This document shows positions 42,849-56,640 of a stretch of DNA of 64,000 bases, piece after piece. Position numbers and translations under genes: made by a program. This stretch comes from Eledone cirrhosa (Eukaryota), in NCBI GenBank assembly GCA_964016885.1, contig OZ024764.1, forward strand, positions 3,782,001 through 3,846,000. The letters run 5' to 3'. The notes beneath the pieces are model-generated. The model was given only the letters and a program-made list of their open reading frames with translations. It had not been told where the DNA came from and did not search any database. Position 1 is the stretch's first letter. Every line of letters starts with the position of its first letter.

Positions 42849-43034
42849 CGATAAATTCAATGGCATCATCGAAATATTTGCGCAGGTTTTGGTGGCTGCT
42901 GTCTGTAACAGGTATAGTCTTATAATGGATACCTTCACTCTCGAAATGGGGCCGAACATGTGACGTAACATTTAAGATGTAGCTTATATTTAGTTCCTTC
43001 AGAATCTGCAGGTTGCCTGCGTCTCGTTCATTTC
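42849..43034 (-). CDS. DUSP10: DUSP10-like coding exon 3 (N-half of phosphatase domain, includes general-acid Asp)
   Basis: Acceptor tttcag|GA. Encodes GNERDAGNLQILKELNISYILNVT...YKTIPVTDSSHQNLRKYFDDAIEFI. Donor ATCG|gtaaat. 186 nt. Confidence 0.93.
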
Positions 43035-43061
43035 CTGAAACAACAACAACAACAACAACAA

Positions 43062-43642
43062 TAATAATTGTTTCTACTTTTGGCACAAGGCCAGCAATTA
43101 CACCAGTGTATTACTGGTACTTTATTTTATCAACCTCGTATTAATAGTTTCTACTTTAGGCACAAGGCCAGCAATTATCCCAGTGTATTACTGGTACTTT
43201 ATTTTATCAACCTCGTATTAATTGTTTCTACTTTTGGCACAAGGCCAGCAATTACCCCAGTGTATTACTGGTACTTTATTTTATCAACCTCGTATTAATA
43301 GTTTCTACTTTTGGCACAAGGCCAGTAATTACGCCAGTGTATTACTGGTACTTTATTTTATCAACCTCATATTAATAGTTTCTACTTTAGGCACAAGGCC
43401 AGCAATTACCCCAGTGTATTACTGGTACTTTATTTTATCAACCTTGTATTAATAGTTTCTACTTTAGGCACAAGGCCAGCAATTACCCGAGTGCATTACT
43501 GGTACTTTATTTTATCGACCCCTGTAAGGATGAAAGGCAAAGTTAACCTCGGCTGGATTTGAACTCAGAATGGCAAGGGCCGTAACTCTATGCTTCGAAG
43601 CATGGCGTCCGACCCTCTACCGATACTGCCAAGTCACCGCCC
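43062..43642 (-). mobile_element. SINE family A with its 3' ~76 bp tandemly amplified (about 6 copies)
   Basis: Head at 43520-43642. Repeated tttctacttt.ggcacaaggccagc...ctggtactttattttatc units end about 30 nt before the exon 3 acceptor. Confidence 0.8.
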
Positions 43643-43943
43643 CAACAACAATAATAATAATTATTTCTACTATAGGCACATCATCATCATCATACGTCTA
43701 CTTTTCCCTGCTTGCAAGGGTGGGACGGGTCCTATTCAACACAGCATCTCTCCACATGTCACGGTCCTTCATCATCTCCTCGGTGAGCTACAGCGATCTG
43801 GGATCAGCTCTCACCACCTCCGCCCATGTTTGTCGTGGTCTTCCTCTACTGCGTCTTCTTTCTAGTGGGATTTCTTGGCACAAGGCCAGCAAATATCCCA
43901 GTACATTACTGGTATTTTATTTTATCGACCCTGTAAGGACCCC

Positions 43944-44790
43944 TTAGCAGCTGCCCTTCTCCAGTCTAGAGGTGTATATTCAGAGAAGGGCTGGTCACCT
44001 TGACCACTAAAACAAGGACCTATTAGCAGCTGCCCTTCTCCAGTCTAGAGGTGTATATCCAGAGCAGGGCTGGTCACCTTGCCCACTAAAACAAGGACCT
44101 ATTAGCAGCTGCCCTTCTCCAGTCTAGAGGTGTATATCCAGAGCAGGGCTGGTCACCTTGCCCACTAAAACAAGGACCTATTAGCAGCTGCCCTTCTCCA
44201 GTCTAGAGGTGTATATCCAGAGCAAGGCTGGTCACCTTGACCACTAAAACAAGGACCTCTTAGCAGCTGCCCTTCTCCAGTCTAGAAGTGTATATCCAGA
44301 GCAAGGCTGGTCACCTCGACCACTAAAACAAGGACCTATTAGCAGCTGCCCTTCTCCAGTCTAGAGGTGTATACCCAGAGCAGGGCTGGTCACCTTGCCT
44401 ATGAAAACAAGGACCTATTAGCAGCTGCCCTTCTCCAGTCTAGAAGTGTATACCCAGACCAGGGCTGGTCACCTTGCCCACTAAAACAAGGACCTATTAG
44501 CAGCTGCCCTTCTCCAGTCTAGAAGTGTATACCCAGACCAGTGCTGGTCATCTTGACCACTAAAACAAGGACCTATTAACAGCTGCCCTTCTCCAGTCTA
44601 GAGGTCTATACCCAGAGCAGGGCTGGTCACCTTGACCACTAAAACAAGGACCTATTAGCAGCTGCCCTTCTCCAGTCTAGAGGTGTATACCCAGAGCAGG
44701 GCTGGTCACGTTGACCACTAAAACAAGGACCTCTTAGCAGCTGCCCTTCTCCAGACTAGAAGTGTATACCCAGACCAGGGCTGGTCACTG
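43944..44790. repeat. 79-bp tandem repeat, about 10.5 copies
   Basis: ttagcagctgcccttctccagtctagaggtgtata... at 43944, 44023, 44102 and onward. Confidence 0.95.
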
Positions 44791-44871
44791 CACCATGCTC
44801 ACCACTGCACCTACCCAAGCTACTCACAGCCCAGTAATGCAGTGTCACTGTACAGTAAAAATAACAATAAT

Positions 44872-45093
44872 AATTGTTTCTACTTTAGGAACAAGGCCAG
44901 TAATTTGGTGGGGAGGGGAATGTCGATTAAATCGAACCCCCAGTGCATTACAGGTACTTCATTTTATTGACCCCGTAAGGATGAAAGGCAAACTTAACCT
45001 CGGCGGGATTTGAACTCAGACAGTAAAGGGACGTAACTCTATGCTGCAAAGCATGGCGTCAGACCCTCTACCGATACTGCCAATCCACCGCCC
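44872..45093 (-). mobile_element. SINE family A (longer variant)
   Basis: Full head and body with an extra ~35-nt internal segment. Confidence 0.8.
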
Positions 45094-45317
45094 TTCATAA
45101 TAATAATAATAATTGCTTCTACATCATCATCATCATCATTTTACGTCCACTTTTCCCTGCTTGCAAGGGTGGGACGGGAACTGATGCTGGCTTGATTTCT
45201 ACAGCTGGATGCCCTTCCTAACACCAACCTCATTTACAGTGAGTGCTGGGTGCTTTTTTGCCGTGGCACCTCCACGACCACTTTACAGTGGAATGATAGG
45301 GACCCCAGTCCCTATCA

Positions 45318-45461
45318 TCTCATTTCTACAGCTGAGTAAACTGGAGCAATGTGAAATAAAGTGTCTTGCTCAAGGAAACAACACATCACCCGGTCTGAGA
45401 ATTGAACTCACAACCTTTCGATTGCAAGGCCAATGCTCTAACCACTAAGCCATGTGCCTCC
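45318..45461 (-). mobile_element. tRNA-derived SINE family B (CORE-like), 5' part
   Basis: Minus strand: TGGCTTAGTGGTTAGAGC (A-box)...GAGTTCAATTC (B-box)...cttgagcaagacactttatttcacattgctccag. Confidence 0.75.
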
Positions 45462-45490
45462 ATAATAATAATAAAAAATGTGCGTCTTAC

Positions 45491-45670
45491 CTAAATAGAG
45501 AAAAGGCAATATCTGTGAGATCTCAGCTGCCTCTATTTGATGTTCCACGAGAGGTGTTAGAGGGCTGTGGACTACCCGACAGTCAGATGATACAAGACGA
45601 CACTCTGAAGACACCCACAATAAGTTGTCGCACAAATTCTCATGCTTACATTTGAACTCTCGTAGGCCCC
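45491..45670 (-). CDS. DUSP10: DUSP10-like coding exon 2
   Basis: Acceptor ttgatcgcag|GG restores LKGGLREF. Encodes ...IEAAEISQILPFLYLG. Donor TTAG|gtaag. 180 nt, phase 1-1. Confidence 0.92.
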
Positions 45671-45825
45671 CTGCGATCAAAAACAGAAGAGAGAAATGGT
45701 GAGATTTTTGTTAGAGAGGAAATATAGACAAATGTTGATGATCTGGTGTCAGATTCAGTATCAGACAACCAAGGAAACATATTTGTGAATGTGTGTATAT
45801 ATATAAATATATATATATATCTGTG

Positions 45826-45874
<49 letters not shown>

Positions 45875-46489
45875 GAAAGGTATAGAAAACATTGTAGCAA
45901 AAAGCCAACAGTATTCCATAATATAATATATATATAAGTGACTATAGCGTCAAAATGGGAAAAATAGTTAACGTAAGATGTGGGAAAAATAATTCAAACT
46001 CAACTCAAAGAGAATCAGGATATAGATTCATCCACAATTTAGTGAAATCCATGGAAAAATCAAAAGAGCCTTAACTTAAAGTTTAAATAAAGTTTAAAAT
46101 ACTCATCATTCAATTTGGATAAACTTCAAATGCTCTATATAGTCTTAAAGACTATTTCACGAAAAATTTCAGTGGAGATGGTCACGGTTGGAATTCGATC
46201 CTCAGCAGAGCTCAACTCGATAACCAAAATTTCTCACTGATTAATATGCCAAAAAGGGAATTAAAAACAGGCTAGTTCACCATCATGCGTGATTATGAAA
46301 AATAAAACGCACATGTGGAAAGACAGGGCTGGTGACGTCAGAATGAGACGAATGTTTGTTTACAAGAAACAACAGTCAAAAACATTCCAAAATATATGTA
46401 TATTATATTATATATACATATATATATATTATATATATATATAACATAATGAAGGAGTAACCATCTGTCTTTGTTTTATTATATATATA

Positions 46490-46537
<48 letters not shown>

Positions 46538-47039
46538 ATAATAATTATAAATTTGAAGACTAAAATCCAATATATATATTATATGAGTGCTCAAGCTACA
46601 AACCGATTATGCATATACGCTAGCTTGGCCGTATTCTAAAACTTCGTCAATGCTGTACTAAAATTTATATTTACTCCTAGAATTAACGATTAACTGATTA
46701 ATTTAATTAGATGATTCTATTGATTGATTAATTGTTTAAGTTTGTTTGCTAACTTCTGGTTGAGTGCTTTATTCGGTTTGTCTAAAGGGATTCATTCCTT
46801 TATCTCAAATTAGAATTCACCGCCTAAGCAGGGGTTACCTCCCTTGGAGTAAACCACGTGTCTGTGGCAACATTTAAAGCTCCAACATACCCGCTCAGGC
46901 TAAGAACAAAAGACTTGCTGAAGAAGTAAATCCTATGTTCTGTCCACTAAGCCATGCGTCTATATATATATATATGCGTCTATATATATATATATGCGTC
47001 TATATGTATATATATATGCGTCTATATGTATATATATGC

Positions 47040-47167
<128 letters not shown>

Positions 47168-47360
47168 GCGTCTATATATATATATATATGCATCTATATA
47201 TATATATATATATATATATATGCATCTATATATATATATATATGCGTCTATATATATATATATATATATGCGGCTATATATATATATATGTATATATATA
47301 TGTATATATATATGTATATATATATGTATATATATATATATATATATATGCGTCTATATA

Positions 47361-47424
<64 letters not shown>

Positions 47425-47649
47425 TATATACATATATATATATATATGTATATATATATGCATCTATATATATATATATATGCGTCTATATATATATATA
47501 TGCGTCTATATATGTATATATATATATATGCGGCTATATATATATATATGTATATATATATGTATATGTATATGTATATTTCAATATGTCTATCTTTCCA
47601 CACCTCACCAGCTGCCGTTGAAAACTGGGTCAGAGACTAACCACGTAGA

Positions 47650-47700
<51 letters not shown>

Positions 47701-47969
47701 CACAGCCAGTAAAACCCTTTTGTTGCCATATTTCTAAAGAAAGACAGTCCCCTGTGGTTTTCAAATAATTAAGAATTTGAACAGATTTAATAATTGTAAC
47801 TCACTTTCTCATTATTAAGTTTGTGTTTGGAACATAACTTAACAAACATTCTTACATAAATATAAGCACTTTAACACTTTCATTACCATATTTCTAATTG
47901 AACATAACTTAACAAAGGTTCTTACTTAAAATTAGGACAGAAGGTTTTCTGATCAATATAAATATTTTA

Positions 47970-48893
47970 ATGTAGAGGTCTCCCTCATACATAAGACAGT
48001 AGGGTGTGATATGAGGGAGATTTGGCTGCTATTTCTACCAGGTCTAGCTACCATGTAGAGGTCTCCCTCATACATAAGACAGTAGGATGTGATTTGAGGG
48101 AGTTTGGCTGCTATTTCTAGCTGGGCTAGCTACCATGTAGAGGTCTCCCTCATACATAAGACAATAGGGTGGGATTTGAGGGAGTTTGACTGCTATTTCT
48201 AGCAGGGCTAGCTACCATGTAGAGGTCTCCCTCATACATAAGACAGTAAGGTGTGATTTGAGGGAGATTTGGCTGCTATTTCTAGCAGGTCTAGCTACCA
48301 TGTAGAGGTCTCCCTCATACATAAGACAATAGGGTGGGATTTGAGGGAGTTTGACTGCTATTTCTAGCAGGGCTAGCTACCATGTAGAGGTCTCCCTCAT
48401 ACATAAGACAGTAAGGTGTGATTTGAGGGAGATTTGGCTGCTATTTCTAGCAGGTCTAGCTACCATGTAGAGGTCTCCCTCATACATAAGACAGTAAGGT
48501 GTGATTTGAGGGAGATTTGGCTGCTATTTCTAGCAGGTCTAGCTACCATGTAGAGGTCTCCCTCATATATAAGACAGTAGGATGTGATATGAGGGAGATT
48601 TGGCTGCTATTTCTAGCAGGTCTAGCTACCATGTAGAGGTCTCCCTCATACATAAGACAATAGGGTGGGATTTGAGGGAGATTTGGCTGCTATTTCTACC
48701 AGGTCTAGCTACCATGTAGAGGTCTCCCTCATACATAAGACAGTAGGGTGTGATATGAGGGAGATTTGGCTGCTATTTCTACCAGGTCTAGCTACCATGT
48801 AGAGGTCTCCCTCATACATAAGACAGTAGGGTGTGATATGAGGGAGATTTGGCTGCTATTTCTACCAGGTCTAGCTACCATGTAGAAGTCTCC
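47970..48893. repeat. 82-83-bp tandem repeat, about 11 copies
   Basis: atgtagaggtctccctcatacataagacag...gatttggctgctatttctagcagg. The core also occurs dispersed at 4740 and 50108. Confidence 0.95.
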
Positions 48894-49198
48894 AGACAAA
48901 CACCCATACACACAAGAAGAGACATGCACACACACACACACAGAAGAGAAAGAGAGAGAGGGGGAGAGAGTGTGTAGGCGGTTTAGTGTCTTAAAGTTAA
49001 GGTCTACCTCTAATGCTGTTAGTCAGTCTGGCTGACTGTCAGCTATGTTTCAATGACATCATCTCTCAGAAGTTGTGGCTTGAGTGGAGGTTCACACTCA
49101 CACTTGGCCTTCATTGTGTGGACTGAGGGTTGGGGTTTAACACTGATCACAGATTATATATATATATATGCATGTATATATATATATATATATACATG

Positions 49199-49281
<83 letters not shown>

Positions 49282-49288
49282 GCATGTA

Positions 49289-49319
<31 letters not shown>

Positions 49320-49366
49320 GCATGTATATATATATATATATATGCATGTATATATATATATATATA

Positions 49367-49452
<86 letters not shown>

Positions 49453-49481
49453 CATGTATATATATATGTATATATATATAT

Positions 49482-49565
<84 letters not shown>

Positions 49566-49567
49566 GC

Positions 49568-49608
<41 letters not shown>

Positions 49609-49770
49609 TGTATATATATATATATATATATATGCATGTATATATATATATATATATATATTGCATGTATATATATATATGCATGTATATATATATGCAT
49701 GTATATATATATATGCATGTATATATATATGCATGTATATATATATATGCATGTATATATATATATATGC

Positions 49771-49805
<35 letters not shown>

Positions 49806-50064
49806 CACATATATACACACACACATATATATATGCATGTATATATGCACATATATATATGCATGTATATATACACACATATATATATATGCATGTATAT
49901 ATACACATATATATATGTACATATACATATATATAAATACATATATATATGCATATATATATATGCACATATATATATGCATATATATATATACATGCAA
50001 ATATATAATTATATATACATGTATATATATATACAGATATATATTTATATATACATGCCTATAT

Positions 50065-50107
<43 letters not shown>

Positions 50108-50865
50108 TTTGACTGCTATTTCTAGCAATCATTATGGCTCCAGTTTTACATCTAAATATAGAAAATGATATCATAGCCTAGATATTATTGTTGATGGTGG
50201 AGGTGGTGTGATGGTGGTGGTGGTGGTGGAGATGGTGTGGTGTGGTGGTGTGGAGGTGGAGATCGGTGGTGGTGGTGTGGTGTTGGTGGTGGTGAGGTGG
50301 TGGTGGAGATGGTGTGGTGTGGTGGTGGTGGTGTGGTGTGATGGTTGGGTGGTGGTGGTGTGGTGTTGGTGGTGGTGATTGAGGTGTTGATGGTGGTGGT
50401 GGAGGTGGAGATCGGTGGTGACGGTGGTGGAGATCGCTGGTGCTGGTGGTGTGGAGATCGGTGGTGGTAGTGTGGTGGTGCTGATGATGGTGTGGTGTGG
50501 TGGTGGTGGTGTTGCTGAGTGTGTGTGTGTTTAATATATATATACATATATATATATATACACACACACACACTATATATATAACTATTTTTACCTTTAG
50601 CACAAGGCCAGCAAATACCCAGTGTATTACTGGTACTTTATTTTATCGACCCCGTAAGGATCGAGGTTAACTTTGCCTTTCATCCTTACGGGGTCGATAA
50701 AATAAAGTACCAGTAATACACTGGGTAATTGCTGGCCTTGTGCCTAAAGTAGAAATAGTTATATATATATATATAAAGATTATATATATAGTGTGTGTGT
50801 ATAATATATATATATATATATGTGTATGTATATATATATATATATATACACACAACACTATACAA

Positions 50866-50937
<72 letters not shown>

Positions 50938-51017
50938 TTATATAGTGCTGTGTATATATATATATAGAGAGAGAGAGATTGTATAGTGTTGTGTATATAT
51001 ATATTATATAGTGGTGT

Positions 51018-51057
<40 letters not shown>

Positions 51058-51099
51058 TATATAGTGCTGTGTATATATATGTATATACAGATTAAATAT

Positions 51100-51143
<44 letters not shown>

Positions 51144-51191
51144 ACACTATATAATCTGTATATACATATATATACACAGCACTATATAATC

Positions 51192-51287
<96 letters not shown>

Positions 51288-51591
51288 CACACCACTATAT
51301 AATCTGTATATATATATATATATATATATACATATGCAAGCAGGGAAAAGCGGAGGTAAAATGCACTATATTGCACTATATAATCTGTATATATACATAT
51401 ATATATATGTGCAGTTGTGTGCAGTCGTCAATTAACTGCACACAACTGCAGCATGAAACATGCAGGAATGCAAGGTGCAACATTTTTTGTTTTTACACCA
51501 AGTGCACATTCCTGGCTGATGGAGGAACACATTCTTTACAGCAGGGGTATATATGTATAGAGTGTATATATATTTATGTATATATAGTGTG

Positions 51592-51624
<33 letters not shown>

Positions 51625-51649
51625 ATATATATATTCAACCCGGAATAAC

Positions 51650-51727
<78 letters not shown>

Positions 51728-52062
51728 TATATATACATATATATAGTATATATATACATATATATAGTATATATATACATATATATAGTATATATATACA
51801 TATATATAGTATATATATACATATATATAGTATATATATACATATATATAGTATATATATACATATATATAGTATATATATACATATATATATAGTGTAT
51901 ATATACATATATATAGTGTATATATACATATATATAGTGTATATATACAGATATATATATAGTATATATATACATATATATATATAGTGTATATATATAT
52001 ACAATGTATATATATATATATATACTATATACATATATATATAGTGTATATATATATACACC

Positions 52063-52093
<31 letters not shown>

Positions 52094-52125
52094 TATATAC
52101 ATATATAGGATGGAGTATATATATA

Positions 52126-52164
<39 letters not shown>

Positions 52165-52168
52165 TGGA

Positions 52169-52210
<42 letters not shown>

Positions 52211-52609
52211 TGGAGTATATATATATATATACATATATATATAGTATACAGTGTATATATATATATATATATATACACTATATATAGCATATATGTAGTA
52301 AGCTATTTTAATCACTGTTGTTTATTGACCTTTCAACTCCTGACCTCTTACTGGAGTGGTTATACACATATACACACATATATGTGTGTATATGTGTATA
52401 TATATATATATGTATGTATGCATGTAAAAGGTAAACAGAAATAACAACACAATCTGTACAGTATATGGAAGGTATATATTAGGTTAACGCTTGATATAGC
52501 AGGAAGAGGGTCTTAACGTTTTGGACGCTGGTCCTTCATCAGAAGAAAGAATGAGAAATAAAATAGATTGAGGGGCCGGGTGGGTTGGAATTGGAAAAAA
52601 TGTTTTTAT

Positions 52610-52650
<41 letters not shown>

Positions 52651-52657
52651 ATATATG

Positions 52658-53061
52658 GAAAGTTATATTTAAATTGTTGGGTTACAACTAGTAAATATTT
52701 ATAACTGATATAAAAGCACTCGACAAGTATTTGGAGTATATTTACAATATTAAATAAATGGAAACTATATTTATAAAACCATATCTATTTCATTATATAT
52801 ATTTCAGGGATATCATATTAACAATATGCTATGCCTTCCTCAGACAAAATACAATATAAACAGTTTTATAGATAAATAGATTCGACATACCGTAACAAAT
52901 ACAAGTCGATGTTGTTACGGTATGTCGAATCTATTTATCTATAAAACTGTTTATATTGTATTTTGTCTGAGGAAGGCATAGCATATTGTTAATATGATAT
53001 CCCTGAAATATATATAATGAAATAGATATGGTTTTATAAATATAGTTTCCATTTATTTAAT

Positions 53062-53067
<6 letters not shown>
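52658..53067 (-). mobile_element. Palindromic hammerhead-bearing element (Penelope-like pseudo-LTR relic) in DUSP10 intron 1
   Basis: About 156-bp inverted arms (52743-52898 / 52912-53067), 13-nt spacer, one-sided tail 52658-52742, (TA)n flanks. Related copy at 63425-63585. Confidence 0.65.
52959..53024 (+). ncRNA. Minimal type I hammerhead ribozyme (mirror copy on minus strand 52786-52851)
   Basis: Stem I TATTTTGT/ATGAAATA (2 G-U); core CTGAGGA (52967-73); stem II AGGCATAGCATATT-GTT-AATATGATATCCCT; GAAA (53005-08); stem III A-T-[ATAT]-A-T. Cleavage after 53016. Confidence 0.78.
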
Positions 53068-53106
<39 letters not shown>

Positions 53107-53157
53107 TCACATATATAATATCCACACACACACGCACACACATATATATATATATAT

Positions 53158-53340
53158 ATAGGAACAAGTATGACCCCGACGGCAGAGCTCAAGCCGTTTC
53201 GAAAGCTAATTCAGTCCAGAAATAGCCGTCGAAACGGCTTGAGCTCTGCCGTCGGGGTCATACTTGTTCCTATTACCCACTCTACTACCCCAAGTATTGA
53301 GTACTCTGGTGCGTTATGGTCCATCTGGTTCCTTACCACA
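53158..53340 (+). mobile_element. Short palindromic element with hammerhead 3' half plus tail
   Basis: 45-bp perfect arms (53158-53202 / 53229-53273) containing GAAACGGC-TTGAGCTCT-GCCGTC-GGGGTCAT. Tail shared with 5530-5640; related motif at 58430-58475. Confidence 0.55.
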
Positions 53341-54489
53341 TCTTATCTCATCATCATCATCATCATCATCAACGTTTAACGTCCATATTCCACGCTTGCA
53401 TGGGTTTGGACGGGGGGTATTCCCACTTGAGGCAAGAGTGGTTGTCTTGCTCGCATAGGACTGTCTGGCGGGTTTTCTACAGCTGGATGCCCTTCCTAAC
53501 ACCAACCACGTTTACAGTGTGGGTCTGGGAGGTTTTTTGTTGTGACACCTACACAACCTCATCTGATATATATATATATATATAGTGTTGTAGTTTGCTT
53601 GAAGCAATATTTATATAGTGTATATATATACACTTAACATACACACTATATATATATATATATATATATACAGGATATATACTGTATATATATATATATA
53701 TACAGTAGATATATACTACACATATATATATATATATATACAGTATATATACTATATATATATATATAGTATATATATATATATATACACTATATACACA
53801 CTATATACACTATATATACACTATATACACACTATATACACTATATACACTATATACACACTATATACACTATATACACTATATATACACTATACACACT
53901 ATATATACACTATATATAGACTATATACACTATATACACACAATATACACTATATACACTATATATACACTATATTTACACTATATATACACTATACACA
54001 CTATATACACTATATACACACTATATACACTATATATACACTATATACACTTGTAAACAAGTCCTCTATACAAGGTTGGTGTCCATATTGTAATGACATC
54101 ATCTAGATTGACATCTAATGACATCAGCACAGGGTGGTGCTACTACCACCTCTACTACCACGTATACTACCACAGGTTGGTGCTACTACCACCTCTACTA
54201 CCACAGGTTGGTGCTACTACCACCTCTACTACCACAGGTTGGTGCTACTACCACCTCTACTACCACATATACTACCACAGGGTGGTGCTACTACCACCTC
54301 TACTACCACATATACTACCACAGGGTGGTGCTACTACCACCTCTACTACCACATATACTACCACAGGTTGGTGCTGCTACCACCTCCACTACCACCTCTA
54401 CTACCACAACCACAACTACCACAACACAACTACTACAGCTACCACAGCCATAACAATAACAACTACCACTACAACTGTAACAGCAGTAG

Positions 54490-56640
54490 TGTTGTTGTTT
54501 TTGTGGTGGTGGTGGTAGTGGATGTGGTTGTAGAAGTGGTCGTGTTGTAGTTGTGGTGGCAGTTGTAGTGTTGGTGGTAGTAGTGGTGGCAGTTGTAGTG
54601 TTGGTACTAGTAGTAGTGGTGGTAGTTATAGTGTTGGTGGTAGTAGTGGTGGCAGTTGTAGTAGTTGTAGTGTTGGTGGTAGTAGTGGTACTAGTAGTGT
54701 TGGTGGTAGTAGTGGTGGCAGTTGTAGTGTTGGTGGTAGTAGTGGCAGTTGTAGTGTTGGTGGTAGTTGTAGTGTTGGTGGTAGTAGTGGTACTAGTTGT
54801 AGTGTTGATGGTAGTAGTGGTGGCAGTTGTAGTGTGGGTGGTAGTAGTGGCAGTTGTAGTGTTGGTGGCAGTTGTAGTGTTGGTGGTAGTAGTGGTGGCA
54901 GTTGTAGTAGTGGTGGTAGTAGTGGTGGCAGTTGTAATAGTGGTGGTAGTAGCGGTGGCAGTTGTAGTGTTGGTGGTAGTAGAGGTGGCAGTTGTAGTAG
55001 TGGTGGTAGTAGTGGTACTAGTTGTAGTGTTGGTGGTAGTAGTGGTGGCAGTTGTAGTGTTGGTGGTAGTAGTGGTGGCAGTTGTAGTGTTGGTGGTAGT
55101 AGTAGTTGTAGTGTTGGTGGTAGTAGTGGTGGCAGTTGTAGTGTTGGTGGTAGTAGTGGTGGCAGTTGTAGTGTTGGTGGTAGTAGTAGTTGTAGTGTTG
55201 GTGGTAGTAGTGGTGATAGTAGTAGTGGCAGTTGTAGTGTTGGTGGTAGTAGGGGTACTAGTTGTAGTGTTGGTGGTAGTAGTGGTGGCAGTTGTAGTGT
55301 TGGTGGTAGTAGGGGTACTAGTTGTAGTGTTGGTGGTAGTAGTGGTGGCAGTTGTAGTGTTGGTGGTAGTAGGGGTACTAGTTGTAGTGTTGGTGGTAGT
55401 AGTGGTGGCAGTTGTAGTAGTGGTACTAGTTGTAGTGTTGGTGGTAGTGGTGGCAGTTGTAGTGTTGGTGGTAGCAGTGGCAGTTGTAGTATTGGTGGTA
55501 GTAGTGGTGGCAGTTGTAGTGTTGGTGGTAGTAGTGGTGGCAGTTGTAGTAGTGGTGGTAGTAGTGGTACTAGTTGTAGTGTTGGTGGTAGTAGTGGTGG
55601 CAGTTGTAGTAGTGGTACTAGTTGTAGTGTTGGTGGTAGTAGTGGTGGCAGTTGTAGTGTTGGTGGTAGTAGGGGTACTAGTTGTAGTGTTGGTGGTAGT
55701 AGTGGTGGGAGTTGTAGTGTTGGTGGTAGTAGTGGTGGGAGTTGTAGTGTTGGTGGTAGCAGTGGCAGTTGTAATGTTAGTGGTAGTCGTGGTGGCAGTT
55801 ATAGTGTTGGTGGTAGTAGAGGTGGCAGTTGTAGTGTTGGTGGTAGCAGTGGCAGTTGTAGTATTGGTGGTAGTAGTGGTGACAGTTGTAGTGTTGGTGG
55901 TAGTAGTGGTGGCAGTTGTAGTAGTGGTGGTAGTAGTGGTACTAGTTGTAGTGTTGGTGGTAGTAGTGGTGGCAGTTGTAGTGTTGGTGGTAGTAGGGGT
56001 GGGAGTTGTAGTGTTGGTGGTAGTAGTGGTAGTAGTTGTAGTGTTGATGGTAGTAGTGGTGGGAGTTGTAGTGTTGGTGGTAGTTGTAGTGTTGGTGGTA
56101 GTAGTAGTTGTAGTGTTGGTGGCAGTTGTAGTGTTGGTGGTAGTAGAGGTGGCAGTTGTAGTGTTGGTGGTAGCAGTGGCAGTTGTAGTATTGGTGGTAG
56201 TAGTGGTGGCAGTTGTAGTGTTGGTGGTAGTAGTGGTGGCAGTTGTAGTAGTGGTGGTAGTAGTGGTACTAGTTGTAGTGTTGGTGGTAGTAGTGGTGGC
56301 AGTTGTAGTGTTGGTGGTAGTAGGGGTGGGAGTTGTAGTGTTGGTGGTAGTAGTGGTAGTAGTTGTAGTGTTGATGGTAGTAGTGGTGGGAGTTGTAGTG
56401 TTGGTGGTAGTTGTAGTGTTGGTGGTAGTAGTAGTTGTAGTGTTGGTGGCAGTTGTAGTGTTGGTGGTAGTAGTGGTACTAGTTGTAGTGTTGGTGGTAG
56501 TAGTGGTGGTGGTGTTGCAGTAGAGGTGGTAGTAGTGGTGGTGGTGTTGCAGTAGAGGTGGTAGTAGTGGTGGTGGTGTTGCAGTAGAGGTGGTAGTAGT
56601 GGTGGTGGTGTTGCAGTAGAGGTGGTAGTAGTAGTGGTAG
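54490..56640. repeat. GTA/GTG-rich compound minisatellite (about 30-bp gttgtagtgttggtggtagtagtggtggca)
   Basis: Low-complexity, with a complementary CTAC/CAC tract at 54135-54480. Confidence 0.92.

Noticed and set aside
45390-45461. tRNA gene
   Set aside because: A/B boxes are present, but no complete cloverleaf is evident and the sequence continues into SINE body.
46585-46660. Possible further hammerhead (TTGACGAAG on minus)
   Set aside because: No convincing GAAA or stem pairing could be assembled.
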